Positions 21,465-30,253 of a DNA stretch of 64,000 nt are shown here, in pieces. Location of the stretch: NCBI GenBank assembly GCA_051651165.1, contig JBOFRT010000308.1, positions 63,702 through 127,701 on the forward strand, in the 5' to 3' direction. The DNA comes from Cetobacterium sp. Lineage in GTDB: Bacteria; Fusobacteriota; Fusobacteriia; Fusobacteriales; Fusobacteriaceae. Below the pieces are notes generated by a model. It worked only from the letters and a program-made list of their open reading frames with translations. It ran no database searches and had not been told where the DNA came from. Position 1 is the first letter of the stretch. Each line of letters begins with the position of its first letter. The position numbers and the translations under genes are program-made.

Positions 21465-21510
21465 TATCTAGGCCAAGGTTTACGGGGCTTAATCGTAAAT
21501 CCTAGCAAAG
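21465..21510 (-). ncRNA. Candidate structured rpsO (S15) 5' leader
   Basis: Minus strand CUAGG-a-UUUACG-loop-CGUAAA-ccuugg-CCUAG nested helices, downstream of an extended -10 TGtTATAAT (21520-21528). Confidence 0.5.
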
Positions 21511-21565
21511 ATTAAAATTATTATAACATAATTTCTATTTTTAGTAAAGTTAATTTTCTAGAGAG

Positions 21566-23731
21566 TTATCCTTGATAATCATCTAAAACAGATTGAGATG
21601 CTTTTTGTTTTAGCTCCTCTTTTAACTTTTCTTCTTCCTCTTTTAAATCCACAATTTTTTCTTCAATACTATTTTCCTGCTCTAATCTTTCAACAGTTTT
21701 TCCTGCTAACATCTGATCTAACTCTTCACCATTTATTGTTTCTAATCTTAAAAGAGCTTGAGTTATATTTTCTAATGTCTCTCTATTTTCTGTTAAAATC
21801 TCTTTAGCTTTAGAATAAGCTGTAGAAACTAATCTTCTGATCTCATCATCTATCTCTTTTGATGTTGTTTCTCCATAAAGCTTTTGTTGGAACATATCTC
21901 CTTCACGTGTCGCATCTAACATTATTGGTCCAAACTTATCACTCATTCCATACTTTGTTACCATAGCATGAGCTATTGCTGTTGCTCTTTCAATATCGTT
22001 ACTTGCTCCTGTTGTTATATCACCAAATACAATCTCTTCTGCTGCTCTTCCACCCAATAAAGTTACAAGCTCAGATAAAAATTCATTTTTTGATTTTAGA
22101 TATCTATCTTCTGTTGGTAGTGTCATAGTATAACCTAAAGCTGCCATTCCTCTTGGAATAATTGTCACTTTATGAACTGGTTCTGTGTTTGGCGATAATC
22201 TTTGAGTCATCGCATGTCCTACCTCATGGTAAGCTACAATAATTCTTTCTTTTTGTACTGCCATTCTTGATTTTCTTTCAGGACCAATAGTAACTTTCTC
22301 AGAAGCCTCTTCTAAATCAGCCATATTTATCTCTGATCTTCCGGCTCTTGCAGCTAAAATTGCAGCTTCATTAAGCATATTTGCTATATCTGCACCTACG
22401 AATCCAGGTGTTTTTCTTGCTATTATCTCAAAATCTACATCTGAGGCAAACTTTTTATTTCTAGAATGAACCTTTAAAATTGCTTCTCTTCCTTTGATAT
22501 CTGGTCTATCCACTACAACTTGTCTGTCAAACCTTCCAGGTCTCATTAAAGCTTTATCTAAAATCTCTGGTCTATTTGTTGCTGCTAAAACAATAATTGT
22601 TTCTTCAGTTCCAAATCCATCCATCTCTACTAGAAGTTGGTTAAGAGTTTGTTCTCTCTCGTCGTTTCCTCCGCCTTGACCACTTCCTCTTTTTCTACCT
22701 ACAGCATCAATCTCATCTATAAAAATTATACAAGGTGAATTTTTTCTAGCTTTCGAGAATAAATCTCTTACTCTTGAAGCTCCTACACCTACGAACATCT
22801 CTACGAATTCTGATCCTGACATACTGAAGAATGGAACTCCAGCTTCTCCTGCAACAGCTTTTGCCAATAGTGTTTTACCTGTTCCAGGTGACCCTAGTAA
22901 AAGAACTCCCTTAGGAATTTTAGCCCCTAAATTTTTAAACTTATCCGGCTCTTTTAAAAATTGAACTACCTCTTCTAACTCTACCTTCGCTTCATCTATT
23001 CCAGCAACATCCGCAAAAGTTACTTGAGATACATTCTCTCCATTCTCTTTAGCTTTAGATTTCCCCATATTGAAAACTTGAGGTCCTCCACCTCCACCTT
23101 TATTCATTTTATTAAGCATAAATATCCAGATTCCAATCAGTAATAACATAGGGAACCAAGATGCTAACATGTTTAATAGGAATGGTAACTCTTGTGGTGG
23201 TAATGACTCTATTTTTACAGTTTTACTATCAATTAGGTTTACAAGTTGTGCATCTCCACCTAATCTATCTGTTATCATTCTAGCTTTTACTGCTGTCGTA
23301 TCTTTTTCTGAAGTATATCCATAAACATATCCTTCTCTCTCATCTACTCTAACAAGCTTATCATCTTTTAATTCTTTTATAAAGTCTGTATAACTAATAG
23401 TCTTTACATTTGAAGAATCTGACTTAGAGAACATCGTTGGAAGCGATAAAATTATAGTCACTATAAATAATAACATAACAAAACCTTTTAGATTGAATTT
23501 CCCACCAATCTCTCTTGATTCGTTTGAATCTTTTTCTTGTTTAGTTTTATCTATTCCCTCTTTTAACTTCTCTTTAATCTTTCTTTTTCTCTCTTCTAAT
23601 TGGCTTTTCTCTTCCTCTTCTTTAGCCTCTTTCTCTTTTTTAGCTTCATCATCATGCACGTCATCTTTTTTTGGCTCCTCTTCAATGAAGTTATGCAATG
23701 CCATTTTTTCATTATCTTCTCTATTCTTCAT
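21566..23731 (-). CDS. ftsH: ATP-dependent zinc metalloprotease FtsH
   Basis: Two TM helices, [32 protein letters not shown]. Confidence 0.97.
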   Translation of the reverse strand: MKNREDNEKMALHNFIEEEPKKDDVHDDEAKKEKEAKEEEEKSQLEERKRKIKEKLKEGIDKTKQEKDSNESREIGGKFNLKGFVMLLFIVTIILSLPTMFSKSDSSNVKTISYTDFIKELKDDKLVRVDEREGYVYGYTSEKDTTAVKARMITDRLGGDAQLVNLIDSKTVKIESLPPQELPFLLNMLASWFPMLLLIGIWIFMLNKMNKGGGGGPQVFNMGKSKAKENGENVSQVTFADVAGIDEAKVELEEVVQFLKEPDKFKNLGAKIPKGVLLLGSPGTGKTLLAKAVAGEAGVPFFSMSGSEFVEMFVGVGASRVRDLFSKARKNSPCIIFIDEIDAVGRKRGSGQGGGNDEREQTLNQLLVEMDGFGTEETIIVLAATNRPEILDKALMRPGRFDRQVVVDRPDIKGREAILKVHSRNKKFASDVDFEIIARKTPGFVGADIANMLNEAAILAARAGRSEINMADLEEASEKVTIGPERKSRMAVQKERIIVAYHEVGHAMTQRLSPNTEPVHKVTIIPRGMAALGYTMTLPTEDRYLKSKNEFLSELVTLLGGRAAEEIVFGDITTGASNDIERATAIAHAMVTKYGMSDKFGPIMLDATREGDMFQQKLYGETTSKEIDDEIRRLVSTAYSKAKEILTENRETLENITQALLRLETINGEELDQMLAGKTVERLEQENSIEEKIVDLKEEEEKLKEELKQKASQSVLDDYQG

Positions 23732-25061
23732 CTTGCCTCCTTATGATTAGCTTAATTCCTTTTTCATTTTTTTCACATTTAAAGTTTTCGCTTTTTTTTA
23801 CTCCTGCAATCCAAACAATCTCATTCTCTTTAACTATCAATGGGATTGTACCCCTAATCTCCTTTGGAATTTTCTCATTTATCAGTATATCTTTTACTTT
23901 TTTATAAGAACTCATTCCTAAAGGTTTTATTCTATCCCCATCCTTTCGACATCTAATCTCTACAATGTCACCTATTTTTAAATTTGTTAAAAATTCATTT
24001 TTACCAAAACTTTTTTGATCCTCAACTGTTTCTAAAATATAGTCATTAACTTTTATTTTAAACGGTATCTTTTGTAGTAGGTCAATATTTATACTTTCAA
24101 ATTTATCTATATTTTCCTTCTCTATCCAGATATTTTTATATTCTTTCTTTAAAATAAAGTTCTTTTCTAAGTGTATATTTTTGCTTCCTGAACTTTGAAA
24201 TAATTTTATAACATTTATTATTTTTTCTCTAGATGATTCTAGTGAAAACTCTTTAAAGTATTCATTTATTATTTTTCTCTGGATATAATCCTCCTCTTTC
24301 AGGATTAAGTCAATATTTAAAACAACTTTTTCATTTTTTAAAACTTTATATTTCTTTAAATCTATTTTCAAAATTTCATTTACTTCTTTTATCTCTTCAA
24401 TTAGATTATGTACTTTATCTTTAAAGTTAGTATTATATCTCTCCTCTATAAAAGGTATCAAATCTAATCTAATACTATTTCTAGTAAAATCATTTTCAAA
24501 ATTTGTTTCATCCACTCTATACTCTATTTTATTCACATCTAAATAGTTTAAAATTTGACTTTTATACGTCTCATTAATAGGTCTAATTATATTTTCTCTA
24601 TTTTGAATTCCTTCTAATCCTTCTAAAGATGAGCCTCTAATAAGCCTGAATAAAAAGTTTTCGATTTGGTCATCTAAATTGTGAGCTACTGCAATCTTAT
24701 TACCATTTGTTTTTTCTAAAACCTCAGAAAAAAATTCGTATCGTATTATTCTTCCTGCTTCTTCTAAGCCAATTCCTTTTTCTTTAGCAATCTCTTCCAT
24801 AGAAGCTTTTTTTATAAAAACTGGTATTCCTATTTTTTCACCACTTAAAAGACTAAACTCTTCATCTCCATCTGAATTTTTCCCTCTAAAAAGATGATTA
24901 ATATGAGCTAATACAAATTCAAAATTAAGCTCTTTTTTTAACTTTTTTAAAACTTCTAATAAAAATACTGAATCTGGTCCTCCTGAGAAACCAAGAACAA
25001 TTTTATCTCCGTTTTCTATCAAATTTTCACTTTTTATTTTTTTTAAAATCTTTTCTAACAT
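23721..25061 (-). CDS. tilS: tRNA(Ile)-lysidine synthetase
   Basis: SGGPDS PP-loop, AHNLDDQIE, RNSIR; adjacent to ftsH. Confidence 0.95.
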   Translation of the reverse strand: MLEKILKKIKSENLIENGDKIVLGFSGGPDSVFLLEVLKKLKKELNFEFVLAHINHLFRGKNSDGDEEFSLLSGEKIGIPVFIKKASMEEIAKEKGIGLEEAGRIIRYEFFSEVLEKTNGNKIAVAHNLDDQIENFLFRLIRGSSLEGLEGIQNRENIIRPINETYKSQILNYLDVNKIEYRVDETNFENDFTRNSIRLDLIPFIEERYNTNFKDKVHNLIEEIKEVNEILKIDLKKYKVLKNEKVVLNIDLILKEEDYIQRKIINEYFKEFSLESSREKIINVIKLFQSSGSKNIHLEKNFILKKEYKNIWIEKENIDKFESINIDLLQKIPFKIKVNDYILETVEDQKSFGKNEFLTNLKIGDIVEIRCRKDGDRIKPLGMSSYKKVKDILINEKIPKEIRGTIPLIVKENEIVWIAGVKKSENFKCEKNEKGIKLIIRRQDEE

Positions 25062-25139
25062 AGCTTTATCCTTTGTGACAGCATTTTATAGAATTATACC
25101 ATATAGAGAATCTTTTTCAAAACCTTTTCCCTCTTATTT

Positions 25140-26798
25140 TTATCTAAAAGTTTCAAGTTTTGGTTTTTTATTTGAATAATTGAAAAAGATTTCAACCGTA
25201 TCTTTTTTATGATTTAAAACATCATATTCAAATTTCTCAAACTCTGTTTTTTTATAAGCTTCTCTTGTTGAGGTAAAATTCTTTTCTATAACAATTTCAT
25301 TATATTTTTCTTTATCTTTTTTAGAAATAAACCACTCTGGATACGCACCTGGCTTTCCTAAAAGTAGATAATCTAACTTTAAGTACTCAATAAAAATATC
25401 TTTTCCTGTAAAGTTTTTTTCTTCATAGAATTTCACTAAATGGTTAAAAATAGCTACTATCTTATGACCAACTCCTAAAAGATCATTTTTTTCATAGTAT
25501 TCTGCAATCTCTTCAAAGAAAGTGAACGCTCTATTATAGTGATTATCAATTATATACTTTACAGAGTTTTTAAACTTTTCAGAATTGTAGTAATAATCTA
25601 ACATTTTTTCAAGATTTTTAAGTTTTACTAACTCACTATAATCTATAAAGCAATTTGATAATATCTCATAAGGTGGAAACTCCATATATTTATAATCATA
25701 TTCCTCAATCTCTTTTGAAATTTTTGTTCCATTTAATATTTTTAAGAATCCTAATTGAATCATTTCAGCATCTAACTCATAAACATAATCGAAAGAATCC
25801 TTAAATGTTTCATATGTATCATGAGGAAGTCCTGCAATTAGATCCACATGCAAATGAACATTTTTCGAAATCGCTTTGATATTATATCTCAATCTTTCAA
25901 GAAGATTTCTTCTATTGATGCTATTCATAGTTTCTTTATTGATACTTTGAACTCCAATCTCAAATTGGAAATATCCCTCTGGAACCTTTTTTAAAAATTC
26001 AATAATTTCATCATCAAATATATTTGCATTTATTTCAAAGTGGAATGTTACATTTTCTTTATAGTTTTCTAATAAAAACTCCCAAATTCCTAAATATCTA
26101 TCTTTTCTCAAATTATAAGTTCTATCTACAAATTTAACTAACTCAACTCCTGAATCTAAGAATTTTTTTAAATCACTTTTAACTCTTTCTAAAGACCAGT
26201 ATCTAACACCCTTATCAATAGAAGATAAACAATATGAACAACTAAAAGGACATCCTCTACTTGACTCATAGTAAAGTATCTTTATATTCTCTTTCAGCTC
26301 CTCCTCTGTATAAGGAAATGGAATTACATCTAAATTCTCTATTGGAAACTCATCACCTAGATATGTAAACTCATCATTTACTAATGCAGCAACTCCTCTT
26401 TGCATCTTGTTCTCTGAAGTTAAAAAGTTATGAAGTACTTTTTCTCCCTCTCCAACAAGAACGTAATCTATCGCTTTATTTTCTCTCAGTGACTCTTCTG
26501 CATTATAACTTACTTCTGGTCCTCCAAGAGTTATTACTATATTTGGCCTAACTTTTTTTAACTCTTTAATAACTCTAAAAACATACTCTTTATTCCAAAT
26601 ATACGTTGAGAATATATAATGATCTGCATTTAAGTTAAATAAATCTGTTATTATACTGTGAACTTGATTATTTATATTACTTTCATAAAGTTCAATTCTT
26701 AAATCACTATATTTTTCTACATAACTTTTTAAATATCTAATTGCTAAATTCGTATGTATAAATTGACTATTTATACCCACTAAAACTATCTTATTCAT
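25140..26798 (-). CDS. B12-binding radical SAM protein (DUF4080-type C-terminus)
   Basis: HTNLA...LGGPEVS B12-binding domain; SRGCPFSCSYC. Confidence 0.88.
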   Translation of the reverse strand: MNKIVLVGINSQFIHTNLAIRYLKSYVEKYSDLRIELYESNINNQVHSIITDLFNLNADHYIFSTYIWNKEYVFRVIKELKKVRPNIVITLGGPEVSYNAEESLRENKAIDYVLVGEGEKVLHNFLTSENKMQRGVAALVNDEFTYLGDEFPIENLDVIPFPYTEEELKENIKILYYESSRGCPFSCSYCLSSIDKGVRYWSLERVKSDLKKFLDSGVELVKFVDRTYNLRKDRYLGIWEFLLENYKENVTFHFEINANIFDDEIIEFLKKVPEGYFQFEIGVQSINKETMNSINRRNLLERLRYNIKAISKNVHLHVDLIAGLPHDTYETFKDSFDYVYELDAEMIQLGFLKILNGTKISKEIEEYDYKYMEFPPYEILSNCFIDYSELVKLKNLEKMLDYYYNSEKFKNSVKYIIDNHYNRAFTFFEEIAEYYEKNDLLGVGHKIVAIFNHLVKFYEEKNFTGKDIFIEYLKLDYLLLGKPGAYPEWFISKKDKEKYNEIVIEKNFTSTREAYKKTEFEKFEYDVLNHKKDTVEIFFNYSNKKPKLETFR

Positions 26799-26807
26799 AA
26801 TTTTCTC

Positions 26808-27761
26808 CTATTTATTTTTCTTTTGAACCTCTAAATGTTCTTTATATGTTTTTGTAAATGTATGTTTCCCTGTACTTGTAACAACAAAAAATAGATAATC
26901 TGTTTTTGCAGGATTTATTGCTGCCATCACAGAACTATAATCTGGATTTGAAATTGGACCTGGTGGTAATCCTCTATACATATAGGTATTGTAAGGCGAA
27001 TCTATTTTTAAATCCTTATAATACATTCTTCTTTTAGAGTAATCATACAGATAATTCACTGTAGCATCTGATCCCAACTTCATCCCTTTTTTTAAACGAT
27101 TATAAAAAACTGAAGACATCAGAGGTTTTTCATCTTTTAGCTGTGCTTCTCTTTCAATTATTGAAGCCATAATCAATTTTTCATAGAAATCTTTTTTATC
27201 TGGATAGTTCTCAGCTGGAAATATTTTTAAAAACTGACCCAACATCGCTTTTACCAACTCAGTTTCATTTGTATCCACAGATAAATAGTATGTTTCAGGA
27301 TATAAATATCCTTCAAAGTTTCCATTTGGTGTCAAATATGGAAAATCCTTTACACCTTCTAAAGCTTTTTTCAATCCCTCTTCTGTGCCTATCCCTCTTT
27401 CTTTTATTAGATTTCCAATCTCTTTTATTGAATATCCTTCTGGAATAGTCAGTATAGTATACTTCACTCTGCCCTCTTCCATCATTTGTAAAATTTCTCT
27501 ATACGAGTACTTACCATTTAATTCATAAAATCCCGCTTTTATATTTTTACCTGAATTTTTTTCATATTTTAAAAATATTTTAAAAAAAATAGAATCTGCC
27601 ATACCTATCTGTTTAAAAGCGCTATTCAAACTAGTTCCAGGTCTAATATTTACTGCAATATTATAATCTCTTTTTCCATCAACTTTTAATGAATAAAATT
27701 TAAATACAGAAAAAACTCCTGTTAAAATAATTAATAAAAAAATTAAAAACTTTTTCTTCAT
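26808..27761 (-). CDS. mltG: Endolytic transglycosylase MltG
   Basis: TIPEG, EGYLYPETY, ASIIERE, SPYNTY..GLPPGPISNP. Confidence 0.95.
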   Translation of the reverse strand: MKKKFLIFLLIILTGVFSVFKFYSLKVDGKRDYNIAVNIRPGTSLNSAFKQIGMADSIFFKIFLKYEKNSGKNIKAGFYELNGKYSYREILQMMEEGRVKYTILTIPEGYSIKEIGNLIKERGIGTEEGLKKALEGVKDFPYLTPNGNFEGYLYPETYYLSVDTNETELVKAMLGQFLKIFPAENYPDKKDFYEKLIMASIIEREAQLKDEKPLMSSVFYNRLKKGMKLGSDATVNYLYDYSKRRMYYKDLKIDSPYNTYMYRGLPPGPISNPDYSSVMAAINPAKTDYLFFVVTSTGKHTFTKTYKEHLEVQKKNK

Positions 27762-27784
27762 AACACTCTCCCAATTTTATGCTG

Positions 27785-27826
27785 AAAAAAGCTGCACCTT
27801 GGTCTCCCTAGTTACAGCTTTTTTTT
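27785..27826 (-). terminator. Terminator after DEAD-box helicase
   Basis: AAAAAAGCTG...CAGCTTTTTT. Confidence 0.7.
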
Positions 27827-27837
27827 AATCTATTTAA

Positions 27838-29424
27838 TTATCTTTTAGATTGCTTTGCTTTTTCGATTAAAGGCTTTCTTCCTTTTCTATCTTTTTGGAA
27901 TACATCTACAATTGTTTCAGCTTCAACAAATGGTACTGAAACGAATGAGAAGTTCTCATAAATTTCTACACCTTTTAATTTTGATTCGTGTACTTTAGAT
28001 TTCTTAGAGATTAAATCAACTAATTTTCTTGGAGTCATTTTATCTTTCTTTCCAAGAGCGATGAATAATCTTGTTTTACCTGTTTTATCGATAGAAACAC
28101 TTTCGATATCAGAGTAGTTAGTCTCTTCTAATTCCTCTTCGTAACAGTTCTTTAAGATTGCTGCAATTATTTCAATTGGAGTAGCTTCTTGGTTTAATAA
28201 CTCTTTTGCCATATCGTGGTAAGACTCAGCGTCTCCATTTGATATTAAGTTAGTAACGTTATCGAATAATCTAGTTTTCTTAGCTAAGATTACATCTTTA
28301 ACTCCTGGAACTTGCTCTTTTTTAATTTCAGTTTTTGTTATTCTTTGAATTTGAAGTAGTTTTCTGTACTCAGAAGGAGTAATGAACGTTATAGCTGTTC
28401 CTTGCTTTCCTGCTCTTCCAGTTCTTCCGATTCTATGAACATAACTTTCTGCTTCTTGTGGTATTGCGTAGTTGATTACATGAGTAAGGTCATTTACGTC
28501 AATTCCTCTTGCAGCAACGTCAGTTGCTATTAGAATGTTTAAGTTTTTGTTTTTAAATCTCTTTAAAGTAACTTCTCTATGATTTTGACTGATATCTCCA
28601 TGAAGACCTTCAACGTCATATCCTCTATCTTGAAGTTTTCCAACTAATTCATTAACGTCGTTTTTAGTTCTACAGAAAACAATTCCATAGAAGTCAGCTT
28701 CGATATCAACTATTCTACATAAAGCTTCAAACTTATCTCTCTCTTTTACTTCGAAATATATTTGCTCAGTTAAGTTTGTAGTTAATTCCTTTTTCTTAAC
28801 AGCTAATACTTCATGATCTCCCATGTGAGATTTAGCTATTTTTAAGATTTCTGCTGGCATTGTAGCAGAGAAGAATAACATTCTTTTATCTTCGTTAGTT
28901 TGAGTTAAGATTTGCTCAATATCTTCTACGAATCCCATGTTTAACATTTCATCAGCTTCATCTAATATGAAGTAATCAATGTTATTTAATTTTAAAACTT
29001 GTCTGTTCATTAAATCCATAACTCTTCCTGGAGTTCCAACAACGATATCAACACCTCTGTTAAGTTGTCTCTTTTGTTGCTCTAATGATTGTCCTCCATA
29101 AACTGGAATTATCTTTAGTCTTCTTCCGTGTGCAAGCGAGTTCATCTCCTCAGCAACTTGAACTGCTAACTCTCTAGTTGGAGCTAAGATTATAGCTTGT
29201 ACATGACCTGTACTCTTCTCAATTTTCTCTAAAATAGGTAATGAGAATGCAGCTGTCTTTCCTGTTCCTGTTTGAGCTTGTCCGATTATATCCTTATCTC
29301 CATTTAATAATGCAGGTATAGTTAATGCTTGTATTGGGCTTGGTCTTTCGAACCCTTTTTCTTCTAAAGGTTTTAACGTTTTTTCAGTTAAACCTAAATC
29401 TTTAAATGTTAATATACTTTCCAT
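27838..29424 (-). CDS. deaD: DEAD-box RNA helicase with C-terminal DbpA-type RNA-binding domain
   Basis: AQTGTGKT, PTRELA, DEAD, SAT, HRIGRTGRAG; start placed at ATG 29424 after AAGGAAG. Confidence 0.9.
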   Translation of the reverse strand: MESILTFKDLGLTEKTLKPLEEKGFERPSPIQALTIPALLNGDKDIIGQAQTGTGKTAAFSLPILEKIEKSTGHVQAIILAPTRELAVQVAEEMNSLAHGRRLKIIPVYGGQSLEQQKRQLNRGVDIVVGTPGRVMDLMNRQVLKLNNIDYFILDEADEMLNMGFVEDIEQILTQTNEDKRMLFFSATMPAEILKIAKSHMGDHEVLAVKKKELTTNLTEQIYFEVKERDKFEALCRIVDIEADFYGIVFCRTKNDVNELVGKLQDRGYDVEGLHGDISQNHREVTLKRFKNKNLNILIATDVAARGIDVNDLTHVINYAIPQEAESYVHRIGRTGRAGKQGTAITFITPSEYRKLLQIQRITKTEIKKEQVPGVKDVILAKKTRLFDNVTNLISNGDAESYHDMAKELLNQEATPIEIIAAILKNCYEEELEETNYSDIESVSIDKTGKTRLFIALGKKDKMTPRKLVDLISKKSKVHESKLKGVEIYENFSFVSVPFVEAETIVDVFQKDRKGRKPLIEKAKQSKR

Positions 29425-29633
29425 ATTCACTTCCTTAATATTTTTATATTCATTCATTAGATTATAACATACATTTATAATTTTGTGTACTTTTTTTATC
29501 TTTTTATTTCTTATTTGTGAGTTGTTTTTTTACATGTTCTTATTCTGTAAGAATTTTTACTATTTTAAGATATTGATTTTTTTAAAAAAATGTAGTAAAT
29601 AGAGTATTAATAATATTTTACAGGAGGCTTTTT

Positions 29634-30029
29634 ATGATTATTGATAGAAAAAATGCAAAAAGAACTGTTATCTATATTAATGATTCTCAAAAAAATAATC
29701 TTCAAAACTTTTTACACTCTATCGGATTCCACTATTATACTATTCAATCTAAGCTTGAAGGTAGCTGGGAACATGGAATCAGACATTTAAATAATCATGT
29801 TTGGCCTGGTTCAGAAGCTGTTTTTCATTTAATTGTTTCTGGTACAAAAGTCGATTTACTACTACAAAAATTAAAAAGTTTTAGAATGGGTTTACCTGAT
29901 AATGTCGTTATGGCAGTTCTTGTTTGTCCGTTAGATGACTTTATTTACAATATGATGACTGTAGATATAGAACCTGATTCGTCAACTGATAAAGTTCACT
30001 GGTTAAAAGAAGATAATGAAAAAGTTTAA
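29634..30029 (+). CDS. P-II-like (PG0541-family-like) small protein
   Basis: YYT....EGSWEHGIRHLNNHVWPG motif resembles P-II-fold transporter-associated proteins; AGGAGG RBS. Confidence 0.55.
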   Translation: MIIDRKNAKRTVIYINDSQKNNLQNFLHSIGFHYYTIQSKLEGSWEHGIRHLNNHVWPGSEAVFHLIVSGTKVDLLLQKLKSFRMGLPDNVVMAVLVCPLDDFIYNMMTVDIEPDSSTDKVHWLKEDNEKV

Positions 30030-30040
30030 TTGAAAAATTG

Positions 30041-30080
30041 AAAAGGAGCTGCTATTTTAGTAATAAGCAACTCCTTTTTT
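30041..30080. terminator. Bidirectional terminator (P-II-like gene / feo operon)
   Basis: AAAAGGAG.TGCT...AGCA.CTCCTTTT. Confidence 0.75.
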
Positions 30081-30081
30081 A

Positions 30082-30231
30082 TTAATGTTTACATTTATCT
30101 TTTATGCTGCAACTTCCATTCTTTGATTTTGAACAGTTACAACCACTCTCACCTTTAAACATCTTATATAAACTCTTTAAAGCTATTGCTCCAATAACAA
30201 TAACTATTCCAACTAAAATTAATGTTTTCAT
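30082..30231 (-). CDS. FeoB-associated Cys-rich small membrane protein (49 aa, not in ORF track)
   Basis: MKTLILVGIVIVIGAIALKSLYKMFKGESGCNCSKSKNGSCSIKDKCKH*; GGAGG RBS; directly after feoB. Confidence 0.85.
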   Translation of the reverse strand: MKTLILVGIVIVIGAIALKSLYKMFKGESGCNCSKSKNGSCSIKDKCKH

Positions 30232-30253
30232 TTTTCCTCCTTATTATAGAGAA

